From the NCBI GenBank assembly GCA_963771175.1, contig CAVYSY010000026.1, positions 480,001 through 544,000 of the forward strand: 64,000 bases of DNA. Reading direction: 5' to 3'. The stretch is from an uncultured delta proteobacterium. Its GTDB lineage: Bacteria > Myxococcota > Myxococcia > Myxococcales > Myxococcaceae. Made by a program: the position numbers and the translations under genes. Under the pieces are notes generated by a model. It was not told the origin of the DNA. It saw only the letters and a list, made by a program, of their open reading frames with translations, and did not search any database. This document shows positions 11,975-25,077 of this stretch, one piece after another. The stretch's first letter is position 1; each line of letters starts with the position of its first letter.

Positions 11975-13368
11975 GCCGGGCCCAGTTCCGTCACGCGGCC
12001 CAATGTCACCTTCGTCCCGCCCCGACAATCGGCCCACACGAGCCCCGCGGCGTTGTCCCGCACCGTGAGCGCATCCACGCGCAGCACGCCGTCCTCCAGG
12101 GCCAGCAGCGCGGGCCCGCCGGAGCCTCGCACCTCCAGGCCCACGGCCGTCACCTGCCCCAGCGTCTCCGCCTGAACTCCGGCCTCCTCGCACGCCTCCA
12201 GGGACACGTTGCGCAGCACCACCCGCGAGCCCTGCGCTCCCAGCACGCCCACGCCGGCCACGTCGCGCACCACCACGTCCTCCGCCTCCACCTCCGCGTC
12301 ACGCAGGTGCAGCCCGTCCCCCGAGTCCTTCTCGCGCGTCGTCAGGTGGGTGATGACGGCCCGCCGCAACCGGAGCTTCCCGCGTGTGACCGAGATGCCA
12401 TATGCGTCCGCTCCATCCACCCGGACCCCGCGCAGCTCCAGGTCCGAGCCCACCAGGAGCAGCCCTCCATAGCTGCCACTGCCCAGCACCACCGTGTCCT
12501 CCAGCCGCCCCCGTGAGCCGATGAGCGCCAGGCCCGCTCGCGCCGCGCGCACCGAGGTGAAGCCTCGTGTCTCCAGCGTGGACTCCACGGACTGGAGGCC
12601 GAACTCGTGTCCGGTGACGGTGACGTCCTCGAGCCGCAACGAGCCCCGCTGGACGGAGAGCCCCGGCTCGCGCCCGCCCTCCACCTCCGAGCGCAGCACC
12701 CGAACCTGTCCCTCCACCTGGTAGAGCGCCGTCCCGGGCCCGTCGAAGCGCACGGCATCCAGCTCCACCTCCGCGCCCCGCACCTCCACGCCCCGCCGGA
12801 AGGCACCAGCGAAGCGACCCTCACGCACCTCCGCGCGCACGCCCCCCGCCAGCAGCAGCCCCACCGCCTCCGGCCCTCCCGCCTCGAATGCGCTCCCCAC
12901 CGCCGTGAGGCGCCCCACCTCCATCCGCACCGCCCCGGCGCGCTGCCCGCTGAAACGCACCGACTCCAGCCGCACCGGCCCGGCCGCCTCCACCCCCCAG
13001 CTCCCCCCCTGGAGGCCCAGGCCCCTCAAAGTGGCCCCCTCCGGCGCCCGCACCACCGGACCCTCCCCCTCCCCATGCAGCACCGCGCCCTCCCCCACCA
13101 GCTCCAGCCCGGCCGGGAGGACGAAGGGCCCCGGGTAGCGCCCCGGCGTCAGGTGGATCCGAACGGGGGTGCCTCCCGCCCCGGCGTGGATCAGCGCCTG
13201 CGTCAGCGTGGCGAAGGGTCGCGCCCGGGAGCCGTCTCCCCCCGCTCGGAGCGCGCCATCCACCCACACCTCGGCGGGCGGGGCGGGCGACACGGCGGGG
13301 ATCAGCGCCCCAGGGGCACGACAGGCCTGGAGGATCAGGCAGGCGATCAGGAACAGGCAGCGGAGCAT
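11923..13368 (-). CDS. Lipoprotein with DUF1565-like start and right-handed beta-helix repeats
   Basis: Lipobox-like LILQAC, GDGSRARPFATLTQAL, Gly/Val-rich beta-helix periodicity. Confidence 0.65.
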   Translation of the reverse strand: MLRCLFLIACLILQACRAPGALIPAVSPAPPAEVWVDGALRAGGDGSRARPFATLTQALIHAGAGGTPVRIHLTPGRYPGPFVLPAGLELVGEGAVLHGEGEGPVVRAPEGATLRGLGLQGGSWGVEAAGPVRLESVRFSGQRAGAVRMEVGRLTAVGSAFEAGGPEAVGLLLAGGVRAEVREGRFAGAFRRGVEVRGAEVELDAVRFDGPGTALYQVEGQVRVLRSEVEGGREPGLSVQRGSLRLEDVTVTGHEFGLQSVESTLETRGFTSVRAARAGLALIGSRGRLEDTVVLGSGSYGGLLLVGSDLELRGVRVDGADAYGISVTRGKLRLRRAVITHLTTREKDSGDGLHLRDAEVEAEDVVVRDVAGVGVLGAQGSRVVLRNVSLEACEEAGVQAETLGQVTAVGLEVRGSGGPALLALEDGVLRVDALTVRDNAAGLVWADCRGGTKVTLGRVTELGPAQGTAGPEASCVGRAAP

Positions 13369-13685
13369 TCGATGGCACACACTATTACCTGTCAGGCATC
13401 CGCGCCTGTCAGGATCAGCGAACGCCACGCAAGTGATCGAAATGACAAAGAAAAACCCTCTCAATCGATCACATCCACACGCCCGGGCCCGCATTCCCAC
13501 ACGGTGCGAGCACGCGCGCCCGATACACTCTCCTCTCTAGAGGAGCCCCACGCTTCGTCAAATTCCTCGCGTTTCGCGCGGAGGCCGATCTTCCGGCCCC
13601 GCAGCCGTTGCCAGCATTGACAGACAAAAGAGCGATTTGTTACCACCCACCGGCTTTCGCAATTCAACGCGGCACGGAGGAGCGG

Positions 13686-13956
13686 ATGACCAAGGCAGAG
13701 CTCGTGGAGGTGGTGGCGGCGCAGTCGCGGCTGACGAAGAAGTCGGCGGCGGAGATTCTCGACATCGTCTTCGCCAACATCGGCAAGGCGGTGAAGAAGG
13801 ACCAGCGCTTCAGCTACCCCGGCTTCGGCACCTGGTCGGTGCGCTCGCCGCAAGGCGCGGAAGATCCGCAACCCGCAGACCAACGAGATGATGAAGCTCA
13901 AGGCCTCGAAGACGATCGGCTTCCGGCCCGCCAAGGAGCTGAAGAACTCGCTGTAG
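13686..13956 (+). CDS. hup: HU family DNA-binding protein; one frameshift near 13847
   Basis: MTKAELVEVVAAQSRLTKK...FSYPGFGTW, then KARKIRNPQTNEMMKLKASKTIGFRPAKELKNSL*. Confidence 0.92.
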
Positions 13957-13986
13957 CCCGCGGAGCTCCGCGAGCGCGCTCCGGCC

Positions 13987-15012
13987 TCACTGAGGGCGTC
14001 GTCCAACAGGACGGCGCCCCTCTCGTTTTTCAGCGCCCGAGGAGGACCCCTGCCGCGCGAAGACAGGCTCCTCACCGGACTCGGTGGGGCCCAGCTCGTT
14101 GAGCGGATCGCTCGGCTCGCCATCGCGCCACAGCTCGAAGTGCAGGTGCACGCCCGTGGCCAGGCCCGTCTTGCCGGCCGCGCCCACCACGTCGCCCTGC
14201 TCCAGCACCTCGCCCGGCCTCACCAGCACGCGAGACAGGTGGCTGTAGCGGGTGGTGATGTTCTCCGCGTGCTGGATGACGACCTGATTGCCATGGCCGC
14301 CATTCCACCCGGCCTTCACCACCACGCCCCCCGCCGCGGCCGACACGAGCTGGCCCGCCTTCGCCGAGAGGTCCAGGCCCTGATGCTCCCGCTCCTCTCC
14401 GAGGATGGGGTGCCACCGGCTGCCGAAGACGCTGGTGACGATGGCCGGGTCCACCGGCCAGGCGAACCGGGGGCGCTTCGGCTTGAGCTGCCGGCGGCGC
14501 AACTCGGCCACGCGCACCTCGAGCAGCTGCATCCGGGCGAGCACCGCGTCGGCCAGGTCGGCGGGGATGTCCCCGTAGGCGCGCGCGTCCTCCTCCAGCT
14601 CGGCCTCCAGCGACACCCGGGCGCGCACCAGGTCCAGCGAGGACGTCTTGCGCGCGGGCTCGCGGAGGAATGCGTCCAGGGAGGCGTTCATCTGCCGCCA
14701 GTTCGCCACCTGCTCCGGCGGCATGGGGCTGCCCTGGACCACCTGTACGCGCGTGGAGCGAGCCAGTGTGGTGAAGGACCGCAGCGCGGCCCGCAGCGCC
14801 GGTGAGTCCGGAGCCATCACCTTCGGCACGAACTTCTTCGCCACCGGGGGCCGCGCCGGGGCGGACCCGTTCCGGGACGAACCCGTCGCCGCCGCGTCGG
14901 CCGGGGACGGCGCGGATCCGGCGTACAGCTCGTCGAAGCTCATCTTCTGCCGCGTACGCGGAGCAGCACACGCCGACAGGAGGAGCAGAATGAGGGCAGC
15001 GAGACGACGCAA
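13987..15012 (-). CDS. M23 family metallopeptidase lipoprotein
   Basis: Lipobox LLSAC, HQGLD (HxxxD), YSHL, TGVHLHFE (HxH). Confidence 0.9.
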   Translation of the reverse strand: MRRLAALILLLLSACAAPRTRQKMSFDELYAGSAPSPADAAATGSSRNGSAPARPPVAKKFVPKVMAPDSPALRAALRSFTTLARSTRVQVVQGSPMPPEQVANWRQMNASLDAFLREPARKTSSLDLVRARVSLEAELEEDARAYGDIPADLADAVLARMQLLEVRVAELRRRQLKPKRPRFAWPVDPAIVTSVFGSRWHPILGEEREHQGLDLSAKAGQLVSAAAGGVVVKAGWNGGHGNQVVIQHAENITTRYSHLSRVLVRPGEVLEQGDVVGAAGKTGLATGVHLHFELWRDGEPSDPLNELGPTESGEEPVFARQGSSSGAEKREGRRPVGRRPQ

Positions 15013-15042
15013 GGCCCCGACAGTCTAGCAGCCCCCGATGGA

Positions 15043-16073
<1,031 letters not shown>

Positions 16074-16152
16074 GGGTATCCTGAGAGGTAGTGGAATCTT
16101 CTTTACGTCGGAGGTCGGTCTGTCATACAGCGGCCGGGTGGCACGCGAGACG

Positions 16153-16821
16153 ATGGAGTCGAAGCGGAAGCGGGCGGCGGAGGTGATGGACCGGCTGGAA
16201 CGGGCCATGCCGGACGTGCGCATCGAGCTGGACTATCGCACCCCCATGGAGCTGCTGGTGGCGGTCATCCTCTCCGCGCAGTGTACGGACAAGCGGGTGA
16301 ACCTGGTGACCCCCGCCCTCTTCCAGCGCTTCCCGGACGCGCACGCGTACGCCCAGTCGAGCGCGTCCGAGGTGGAGCCGTTCATCCAGTCGTGCGGCCT
16401 GTACCGCGCGAAGGCGAAGAACATCGTGGCGGCGGCCAAGGCGCTGGTGGCCTCGCACGGCGGCGAGGTGCCCCGCTCCCGGGCCCTGCTGGAGAAGCTG
16501 CCGGGCGTGGGGCACAAGACGGCCGGCGTGGTGTGCATCCACCTGGGCGGCGATGACGCCTTCCCCGTGGACACCCACGTCAAGCGGCTGGCCTGGCGGC
16601 TGGGATTCACCCGCCACGAGGATCCGGACAAGGTGGAGGAGGACATGCGGGCCCTCTTGCCGCCGGAGCGGTGGGCCAAGGGCCACCAGCTCCTGGTCTG
16701 GCACGGGCGGAGGGCCTGCTTCGCGCGGGCGCCCGCGTGCGAGCGCTGCCCCGTGGCGGACCTCTGCCCGAAGAAGGGCGTGCCGGCTAGACCGACGGCC
16801 GATCCTCGCGAGTCGTCTTGA
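16153..16821 (+). CDS. nth: Endonuclease III
   Basis: [17 protein letters not shown], Hh[18 protein letters not shown]-terminal 4Fe-4S motif [17 protein letters not shown]. Confidence 0.95.
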   Translation: MESKRKRAAEVMDRLERAMPDVRIELDYRTPMELLVAVILSAQCTDKRVNLVTPALFQRFPDAHAYAQSSASEVEPFIQSCGLYRAKAKNIVAAAKALVASHGGEVPRSRALLEKLPGVGHKTAGVVCIHLGGDDAFPVDTHVKRLAWRLGFTRHEDPDKVEEDMRALLPPERWAKGHQLLVWHGRRACFARAPACERCPVADLCPKKGVPARPTADPRESS

Positions 16822-17308
16822 CGCGCTTCATCCGCTTGCGGATGAGCTCGCGCTTGAGCGTGGAGATGTGGTCCACGAAGACGGTGCCGTTCAGGTGGTC
16901 CGTCTCGTGCTGCACGGCGATGGCCAGCAGCCCGTCGCACGTGAGCGTCTGCTCGTGGCCCTCGGGGTCCAGGAACTTCACCGTCACCACCGCCGCACGC
17001 TCCACGTCCTCGGCCTCTCCGGGGATGGACAGGCAGCCCTCGGTGTAGGTCGTCTTCCCCTCCAGCGCGATGAGCTCCGGGTTGATCATCGCCACCGGCT
17101 GGGACTCGGGCTGGCGCGGCCGGGTGTCCAGGACGATGACGCGCTGCAGCACTCCCACCTGCGGCGCGGCGAGCCCCACGCCATCGGCGGCGTACATGGT
17201 CTCGAACATGTCCTTGACCAGGGTGCGGAGGGAGTCGTCCACCCTCGCCACCGGCTTCGCCTTCTGCTTCAGGATGGGATCGGGCCAGATGAGGATCTCG
17301 CGAACCAT
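16787..17308 (-). CDS. def: Peptide deformylase
   Basis: GVGLAAPQVG, EGCLS, QHETDHLNG. Confidence 0.96.
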   Translation of the reverse strand: MVREILIWPDPILKQKAKPVARVDDSLRTLVKDMFETMYAADGVGLAAPQVGVLQRVIVLDTRPRQPESQPVAMINPELIALEGKTTYTEGCLSIPGEAEDVERAAVVTVKFLDPEGHEQTLTCDGLLAIAVQHETDHLNGTVFVDHISTLKRELIRKRMKRVKTTREDRPSV

Positions 17309-17415
17309 GGCGCCCCTATTAACCCCCTGGCAGCGGACGGGCAACCGGCCCTGAACACCCCGTCCGCCCGGTCCACCACCAGACGACAGGCGCCTCCCCG
17401 AGGGGCTCGCTCATT

Positions 17416-17445
17416 TTGTTTGCACTCAAATATTCATGGTAGAAT
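17416..17445 (+). promoter_or_regulatory. Putative sigma70 promoter with extended -10
   Basis: AT-rich patch; TTGTTT, 18-bp spacer, TG-G-TAGAAT (-10 at 17440-17445) upstream of the 17564 gene. Confidence 0.45.
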
Positions 17446-17563
17446 ACGCGTTGGGGGCGCCTCCCGGATAAAAAAGGCATCGAGTGGCTTTCCACCCGCC
17501 GTGTGGAAGAGCACACTGTGCCAATCCGGATTCTCCGGTTGTCCGGTTCAGGAGGAATTGCCC

Positions 17564-18292
17564 GTGCTCCGGAAGACCGCCCTGCTGTCCACCCTGCTGC
17601 TGTGCGCCTGTGAGCTCGGCGCATCGCCCGCGCCGAACATCATCTCCATCGAGCCCCAGGAGGTGGTGAGCGGCGAGGCGACGACCATCACGCTCAGGCT
17701 GGATGCGCCCCCGCTGGCGAGGATCGACTACGGCAACAGGACCGCGACGCTGCTGACGCCGACGCTGCGGATTGGTGACCAGGAGGCGCGCATCGAGCGG
17801 ATGGAGCACGACGGCGCACTGGTGGCCACGCTGCCCGCGAACCTGTCGACGGGGCACCAGGACGTCCGGCTCGAGCTGGGCGATGGACAGGAGGCCGTCG
17901 GTGAAGAGGGCCTCACGGTCCTCCCGCCGCCCCCGGTGCTGACGCTCCGGAGCAGCCCGGGTGGGGCGGAAGACACGGAGGGGACGGAATGCGAAGACCG
18001 GCGGCTGCTCGTCACCAGCATCCGTATGGACCCCATCCCGGACCAGGTCCGCGGCGTCCCGTTCGTCGTCACCCTCCGGACCGAGGGCCCCGAGGCGGCG
18101 CTCTTCACGGGCCAGGTGCAGCTCACCTCCAGCAAGGGGCGCATCACCCCGAACCTGAGCAGCCCCTTCCACGAGGGCGTGCGCGCGGAGCAGGTCGTCA
18201 TCGACAAGCCCGGAGCGAACGTGGTCCTCACCGTGAGGCTCGGCGGCAACCTCGTCACCAGGTCCAATCCCTTCAAGGTCTCGCCCAACTAG
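17564..18292 (+). CDS. Lipoprotein with IPT/TIG-like Ig fold
   Basis: AGGAGG RBS, GTG start, lipobox LLCAC, PNIISIEPQEV beta-rich sequence. Confidence 0.6.
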   Translation: MLRKTALLSTLLLCACELGASPAPNIISIEPQEVVSGEATTITLRLDAPPLARIDYGNRTATLLTPTLRIGDQEARIERMEHDGALVATLPANLSTGHQDVRLELGDGQEAVGEEGLTVLPPPPVLTLRSSPGGAEDTEGTECEDRRLLVTSIRMDPIPDQVRGVPFVVTLRTEGPEAALFTGQVQLTSSKGRITPNLSSPFHEGVRAEQVVIDKPGANVVLTVRLGGNLVTRSNPFKVSPN

Positions 18293-18322
18293 TCGGACGG
18301 ACCGGCGCCCCACAGCCGCCGC

Positions 18323-21300
18323 TCAGTCCAGCAGGCTGCGGGCGTACTCCTCGCGCAGTCGATCATCCGCGAGCGCCCGCGCCGCCTCGGCCAGGGCGGT
18401 GGAGAGCTGCTGCGCGCGGTGCTGGAGCGCCGGGTCGGGGTGCCCCGCGAAGCGCAGCGGGTGGAACTCGGTGGTGAGCAGCGCGTAGGCGCGCTTCACC
18501 TCCTCGCTGCCCGCTCCACGCGCCAACCCGAGCACCGTGAAGTAGTCCGCGTCCTGGATCTCCTCGAACTTGGCCTCGAGCCGGCGCACGTCCAGCTCGC
18601 CCGGCGCCTCCTCCTCGGAGGACTCGGTGGCGTGCCGCAGGGTGATGAGGCCCAGGGCGCGCGCGACCGCGAACACCTTGAGGGCCGTGTCCTGCGGCAA
18701 CCCCGCGCCGAGCAGGAGCTGCTCGAGCGTCTGCTCCCCATCGACCTCCTCGAGGAGCCGGAGCTCGCGAGAGGAGAGCCCGAAGGCCTCCGGCGAGGGC
18801 ACGGGCTCGCCACGGACGACCACCGCGCGCAGTCCTCCAGCGGCCTCCATGAAGGACTCCGAGGAGACACCGTTGCGCAGGGCCTCGGCCAGCAGGTGCA
18901 GCAGGGGCCGGGTGGACGCCGCGAGCGCCACCTCGTGCGGCGGCAGCTCCTCGGAGAGCCGGTACAGCGAGGAAGGCTCGGAGAGCGCGTCCAGGGCGAC
19001 CTGCTCGGTGTAGCGCTGCACGAGCGGGACGACCTCGTTCTCGCGCACGTAGCCCCGGCCCCGCATGGCGTCGATCAGCGCCCCCGTCGAGGCACCCCGG
19101 ACCAGGCGCAGCTCGTTCTCCTGGCGCGCGTCGATGAGCCCATCACTCCGCGCACGGTCCACGAGCGACTCGTCCTGGGAGGAGGAGACCGCGCCCACCA
19201 GCGCGCCGTCCTTCAACCAGAGGATGCGAAGGGAGCCGGCCACCTTGAGCTCGAGGCGGACCCCGGCACGCGCCTCCTGAAGGCGGGTGATGAGCCGCGA
19301 GAGCCCTTCCTGGTTGACGCTGCCACTGCGAGGGACGTCCACCTCGAACCTGCCGGGGACCTGGATGGAGATGAGCGCCGCCTTCGCCCGGGCCGCCATC
19401 TCCTCCGCCTCGGCGCGGGCCTTCGCGACGACCCCCTCGGTCTCGGCGCGCACCTTCGCCACGGTCTCCTCGGCCTCGCGGAGCGCCTTCTCCTCGGCCT
19501 CGCGCCGGGCCTGCTCGGCACGGGCGAGGCGCTCGGCCAGCTCCGCCTCGGCGTGGGCACGGGTCGCCTCGAGCCGCTCCACTTCCTGGGAGAGGAACTC
19601 CCGCTCTTCACGCTCCTGCGCCAGCGTCTGCCCGAGCCGCTCCGCCTCCGCACGGGACTCGCGGACCTCGGCCTCCTGGCGCGCCGCCGACTCCTCCAGC
19701 CGGGCGACCCGCTCCTCCAGCTCCGCGCGAACGCGGGACAGCTCCTCGTGGGACTGGGACTCCGCTTCGATGCGGGCCTGCGCGGCGGTGCGGGCCTTCG
19801 CCAACGCCTCGACACGCGACTCCAGCTCCACGTGCAACCGCTCGGCCGTCGCCGCCCGCGTCTCCGCGTCGACGCGCGCACGCTCCAGCTCCTCGGCCTG
19901 CCCGTCCAACTCGGCTCGCGCCTTCTCCGCGCTCTCGGCACGCGACTCCGCCTCGACGAGCAACCGCTCCGAGGCCGCGGCTCGCGTCTCCGCGTCGACC
20001 CGGGCGCGCTCCAGCGCCTCGGCCTGCTCGCTCGCCTCGGCCTGTGCCAGCTCCGCGCTCTCGGCACGCGCTTGCGCCTCGGCACGGGCCTTCTCCGCGC
20101 TCTCGGCTCGCGCTTCCGCCTCTGCGCGCGCACGCTCTTCCGCCTCGGCTCGTGCGTCCGCCTCGGACCGCGCTTGTTCCGCGGCCTCGGCTCGCGCCTC
20201 CGCCTCGGCGCGGGCCTTCTCCGAGGCCTTGGTACGTACTTCCGCTTCGGAACGCGCCTGCTCCGCTGACTCGGCTCGCGCTTCCGCCTCGGCGCGGGCC
20301 TTCATCTCCTCCTGCACGCGTGCATCCGCGTTGGAGTGCGCACGGGCTTCCACCTCGGCCCGCGCCTTCTTCTCGGCCTCCGCTCGGGCCTCGGCCTTGC
20401 CTCGCGCCTGGTGCTCCGCCTCGGCCCTCGCCTCCGCTTCCGCCCGGGCCCTGGCCTCCTTCTCGGCGCGCGCCGTCACGTCCTTGCGCGCCTTCGCCTC
20501 CCCGTGGGCCCGCGCCTCCCACTCCTTGCGCGCCTTCGTCTCCGCTTCGGCCCGCGACTCGGCCTCCACGCGGGCCGCCTTCTCCGCCTCCACCCGCGCT
20601 TCCGCCCCGGCCCGGGCCTTCTCCTCGGCGAGGGCGCGCTGTTCCTCCTGTGCGCGCTGCCGCGCCTGCTCCTCGGCCTTCGTCTTCCAGCCGGCGAGCT
20701 GTTCCTGGAGTCGCGAGACCTCTCGGGACTGGGCCTCCAGCCGGGACAGCGTCTCCTGGGAGGTGGAGCTGGCCTCGGAGAGCTGCCGCTGAAGCGCCTC
20801 CACCTGCTCGCGCAACCGCGTCACCTGCTCCTGCTGTCGCGGCTGCTGCTCGCGCACCGCGGCGGCCTCGGCCTCCACCGCCTGGCGCCGCTGCACCTCC
20901 TGCGTGCGCGCCTGCTCGAGCTCCGCCTCCCGCGCCCGCGCAGCCTCGAGCTGCCGCTCCACCTCGAGCCGCAGCGAGGTCTCCAGCCCCCGCTCCTCCG
21001 CGAGCGTCGTGAGCCGGGTCCGCTCCGCGTCGGCCTCGCGCCGCAGCGACTCCTCCCGGGCCAACGCCTCCTGCTTCAGGCGCTCCAGCTCGGACTTGAG
21101 GGATGCCTCACTCTCGCGCGCCGCCTCCATGTCGCGCTGGAGCGACTCCAGCCGCGCCTGGGCCTCCTCGGACTCGCGCTGGAGCGACTCCAGCTGCGCC
21201 CGAGCCTCCTCGGACTCGCGCCGCAGCGACTCCTCCCGGGCCTTCGGCGCGTCCGCCTGCCGCTCCAGCGAGGAGCGGAGCTCCGTCACGAGCGTCTCGA

Positions 21301-22816
21301 GCTCCTCGGCCTTGCGCTCCGCCTCGCGCCTCCGCGCCTCCGCGCCATCCCGCTCGGATAGGAGCTCGGCAATCCGCCGCTCGGCCCGCAGCAGGCGCGA
21401 CTCCAGGACCACGAAGTCCTCTTCCGCGGGGGGCTCCGTCCGAGCCGCCGTCTCCGTCGACGCTGGCGAGGGCCTGAGCGGGAACTTCGACGTGGTCTCC
21501 GGCACGCCCGACGACTTGGGCGAGGCCTCGGACTCCTCGTCCGACGGTGCCTCCTCCGCCGCCGGCTCGGCCTTCACCGGGCCACTCCGAGGCTTCTCCT
21601 CGCGGGACGTCTCCTCGGACGTGGAGTCGAACCACCCCGCGCCCACGCGCTCCTCGTGCGGCTCCTCCCACCCCTCGGGCGCTTCGTCCTCCGCGGGCAG
21701 GGGCGCATCCTCCGGCACGGGCTCCAGGTCCGCGGCGCCCTCCAGGTGCCGCACGGGCTGGAGCTCCGCCTCCAGCGTCGGCTCCACGTCGAAGAAGCCG
21801 TCGTCCCCGAGCCGGGGCCCCGCCTTCCTCAGCAACCCGGCGGGAGCATCCGCCACCGCGGGCGTCACCCGCTCTCGCTCCAGGGCCGCTTCTATCTCGA
21901 GCTGCGCGAGACGCTCGGCCTCCGCGCGGGCCTCCGCCTCGACGTCCACCACCTTCATCGGAGGCAGCGACGCCAGGGGCGCAATCCCCTCGGAAACCGG
22001 AGCGACGACGGGCGTGGGCTCCAGCGCGGCCGGGGACGCGGCGGTGATGGTGGGAAGCACCGAGCCCATCGCGGGAGTCCGCGCGAAGAGCCCCGCCGAC
22101 GAGGCCGACTCGGAGACCTCCTCCTGCTTGCGGCGCCGTCGGGCGGCGGCCTCGAAGCGCACCTCCTGCTCCAGGCGCTGCAGCTCGTCCTCTTCGGGCC
22201 CGGCGGCGGACACCGACTCGGTCTCGCTCGAGCCGACCACCGCCTGCTCCGTCTGGCCGAAGAGCGACTCGGCCTCGGCTCCCGGGTCGGGCTCGACGAG
22301 GGCCCGGGACTCCAGCCTCGGCAGGTCATCGAAGAGCGCGCTCTCCAGCGCGGCGTTGCGGCTCGGCGCGGAGGACTTGTGGACGAGGCCGGGCGGCCCG
22401 GCGACCACCGGGGCCGGTGCCACCTCCGCGGGGGGCTCGTCCTCCGGCACCGCGAACCAGGCCTCCGGGCCCGCGGGGGCGCTGATGAGGGCCGCCACCT
22501 GCGCCACGAAGCCGGCACCATCCAGCGGAAGGGGCGCCACCGGGGCGGCGCTGCCCCGAATGGGCTCGCCGAGCAGCAGCACGCGCGCGAGCCGCATGTC
22601 CGGGTGCAGCCCGAGCTCCTCCAGCACGACGTGGCCGCGCCCGCTCTCCACCCCGGGGGCGAGGATGATGAGCGAGGGCAGATGGTGGCCGAACCCAATG
22701 AGGGCGTCCGCCACGGAGGTGGCGAGGATGACCTCATAGCCCTCGCGCGCGAGCAGTCGGCGCACGGTGGCGATGGTGGCGATGTCGTCGTTGACGAGAA
22801 GGACCGAGTCGGCCAT
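18323..22816 (-). CDS. Pseudo-receiver / acidic linker / long coiled coil / DUF4388-like / J-like domain protein (1497 aa)
   Basis: N-terminal VLLVNDD...GYEV...PSLIILAP; 14-residue [18 protein letters not shown] repeats; C-terminal DYFTVLGL...EVKRAY...FHPLRF. Confidence 0.8.
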   Translation of the reverse strand: MADSVLLVNDDIATIATVRRLLAREGYEVILATSVADALIGFGHHLPSLIILAPGVESGRGHVVLEELGLHPDMRLARVLLLGEPIRGSAAPVAPLPLDGAGFVAQVAALISAPAGPEAWFAVPEDEPPAEVAPAPVVAGPPGLVHKSSAPSRNAALESALFDDLPRLESRALVEPDPGAEAESLFGQTEQAVVGSSETESVSAAGPEEDELQRLEQEVRFEAAARRRRKQEEVSESASSAGLFARTPAMGSVLPTITAASPAALEPTPVVAPVSEGIAPLASLPPMKVVDVEAEARAEAERLAQLEIEAALERERVTPAVADAPAGLLRKAGPRLGDDGFFDVEPTLEAELQPVRHLEGAADLEPVPEDAPLPAEDEAPEGWEEPHEERVGAGWFDSTSEETSREEKPRSGPVKAEPAAEEAPSDEESEASPKSSGVPETTSKFPLRPSPASTETAARTEPPAEEDFVVLESRLLRAERRIAELLSERDGAEARRREAERKAEELETLVTELRSSLERQADAPKAREESLRRESEEARAQLESLQRESEEAQARLESLQRDMEAARESEASLKSELERLKQEALAREESLRREADAERTRLTTLAEERGLETSLRLEVERQLEAARAREAELEQARTQEVQRRQAVEAEAAAVREQQPRQQEQVTRLREQVEALQRQLSEASSTSQETLSRLEAQSREVSRLQEQLAGWKTKAEEQARQRAQEEQRALAEEKARAGAEARVEAEKAARVEAESRAEAETKARKEWEARAHGEAKARKDVTARAEKEARARAEAEARAEAEHQARGKAEARAEAEKKARAEVEARAHSNADARVQEEMKARAEAEARAESAEQARSEAEVRTKASEKARAEAEARAEAAEQARSEADARAEAEERARAEAEARAESAEKARAEAQARAESAELAQAEASEQAEALERARVDAETRAAASERLLVEAESRAESAEKARAELDGQAEELERARVDAETRAATAERLHVELESRVEALAKARTAAQARIEAESQSHEELSRVRAELEERVARLEESAARQEAEVRESRAEAERLGQTLAQEREEREFLSQEVERLEATRAHAEAELAERLARAEQARREAEEKALREAEETVAKVRAETEGVVAKARAEAEEMAARAKAALISIQVPGRFEVDVPRSGSVNQEGLSRLITRLQEARAGVRLELKVAGSLRILWLKDGALVGAVSSSQDESLVDRARSDGLIDARQENELRLVRGASTGALIDAMRGRGYVRENEVVPLVQRYTEQVALDALSEPSSLYRLSEELPPHEVALAASTRPLLHLLAEALRNGVSSESFMEAAGGLRAVVVRGEPVPSPEAFGLSSRELRLLEEVDGEQTLEQLLLGAGLPQDTALKVFAVARALGLITLRHATESSEEEAPGELDVRRLEAKFEEIQDADYFTVLGLARGAGSEEVKRAYALLTTEFHPLRFAGHPDPALQHRAQQLSTALAEAARALADDRLREEYARSLLD

Positions 22817-22834
22817 TGGAACTCGGGCGCGAGT

Positions 22835-25077
22835 CTACAACATGGCGGCCGGATCCACGTCGATCGTGACGCGCACGGCGGAGGGAATGTCGACCAGCTT
22901 CGCCTCCAGGCGGGCAAGCAGCGGGGAGAGCGCCGCGTGGGTGGGAGCCTTGAGGAGCAACTGCCACCGGGTGCGCCCGCGGATGCGGGAGATGGGGGCC
23001 AGGGCCGGCCCGAGCAGGCGCACCCCCCAGGAGGCCGGGGGCATGTTGCGGGAGATGAAGTCCCCGAGGTGCCGGGCCACGCTGGCGGTCTGCTCCGGGT
23101 GCTCGCCCTCGAGCCGCACCGCCACCAGGCGGGTGTAGGGCGGCCAGGCGAGCACCTTGCGCCGCTCCAGCTCCCGCGCGGCGAAGCCGTCGAAGTCGTG
23201 GGCGAGCACGCGCTTCACCGGGTCCGCCTCGGGGTTGTACGTCTGCACCAGCACACGCCCCGGGTCCTTGCCGCGCCCGGCCCGGCCGGCCACCTGGGTG
23301 AGGAGGTGGAAGGTGCGCTCGGCGGCGCGGAAGTCGGGGATGGCCAGCGAGGTGTCCGCCATCACCACGCACACCAGCGTCACCCCGGGGAAGTCGTGCC
23401 CCTTGGCCACCATCTGCGTGCCCACCAGCACGTCGATCTCCCGGCGAGCGAAGGAGGCGAGCAGCTCCGTGAGGCGCTCGGCGCTGGTGGCCGAGTCCCG
23501 GTCGAGCCGGGCCACGCGGGCCTGGGGAATCCGCTCGGCGACCTCGGCCTCCACGCGCTCGGTGCCGATGCCCAGCTTGAGCAGGGGGCCGGTGCACTCG
23601 CGGCAGTGCTCGGGCACGGGGTGGGCCACGCCGCAGTAGTGGCACACCAGCCGGTTCTGCGAGCGGTGGTAGGTGAGGCACACGTCGCAGTCGGAGCACT
23701 TCACCGAGGTGCCGCACACCTCGCAGATGAGGAAGGTGCTGTGGCCGCGGCGGTTGAGGAAGAGGATGACCTGCTGCCCGCGCCCGAGGGTCTCCGCCAT
23801 GGCGTCGAGCAGCGGCGGCGAGAGGATGGGGGCCTCCTCCTGCACGAGCGGCTCGCGGGGGCGCTCCAGGCGCAGGTCCACCAGCTCGATGGTGGGCATG
23901 GGCCGGTCGTCCACGCGGTTCTTCAGCTCCAGCTTGCGGTAGCGACCGCGGCGGGCGTTCTCCAGCGTCTCCAGCGAGGGCGTGGCCGAGCCGAGCACCA
24001 CCACGGCGCCCGCCTGCTTCGCGCGCACCACGGCGAGGTCGCGCGCCTGGTAGCGCAGCTTCTCCTCCTGCTTGAAGGAGGGGTCGTGCTCCTCGTCCAC
24101 CACGACGAGGCCGAGGTTCGCCACCGGCGCGAAGATCGCGCGAGCGCACGCCCACGGCGATGCGCACCGTGCCCTCGCGCAGGGCCTGCCAGTGGTGGAG
24201 GCGCTCGCGGTCCTTGAGGGCCGAGTGCAGCAGCGCCACGTCCTCGCCGAAGCGGCTGCGGAAGCGGCCCACGAGCTGCGGCGTGAGCGCGATCTCCGGC
24301 ACCAGCATGAGGCTGCCCTGGCCCCGCTCGAGCGCGCGCTCCACGGCGCGCAGGTACACCTCGGTCTTGCCGCTGCCGGTGACGCCGTGGAGGAGGAAGG
24401 GCGGGAAGCCGCCGGCGTCGAGGGCGGCCTGGAGCTCCAGGACGGCGACGGCCTGCTCGGGGGTGAGCTTGTCGGGGCGACCCTGGGCGAGCCCCTCGCC
24501 CACGCCCGGGGCGATGATCTCCTCCTCGATGCGGACGAAGCCGCGCTCGGCGAGCTTCCTCAGCGTCTCGCGGGCGCCGGGGATGGCGTGGGCCACCTCC
24601 TCGACGGGGGCCCGGCCACCCACCGCGAGCAGGTAGGTCAGCGCGGCGGACTGCGCGGGAGCGCGCGGAGGACGGCGGGCGCCTCCGGGACGAGCGCCAC
24701 GGCGAACTCCTGCACGTCGGGCTTCGCCTCCTTCTCCTCCTCGGCCTTGGTGAGCCCGGGGGGCAGCGCGCTCTGGATGACCTCGCCCAGCGGGTAGCGG
24801 TAGTGCTCGGCGGCGAAGCGCAGGAGCGCGATGAGGTCGGGCGGGAGCGACGGCGAGTCCTCGAGCACCTTCATGATGGGCTTGAGCTTGACGCTCTCGC
24901 CCTCGGGAGGAGGCGTGGCGGGCCCCAGGTAGAAGCCCAGCGACTGCTCCGGCCGAAGGGCACGAGGATCCGCTGGCCCGGCGACAGCTGCCCGGAGAGG
25001 CCCTCGGGGACGACGTAGGTGAACTCGCCCCGCACGGGACGGCCGACGGCGACGGAGGCGAGGTTCGGGGGGCTCAC
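22835..25077 (-). CDS. priA: Primosomal protein N' (replication restart helicase); frameshifted, start approximate
   Basis: LLHGVTGSGKTEVYL, VPEIALTPQ, VVDEEHD, GSATPSLET, FLNRRGH, four CxxC pairs, GTQMVAKGHDFP, QVAGRAGR, IDVDP. Confidence 0.93.
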
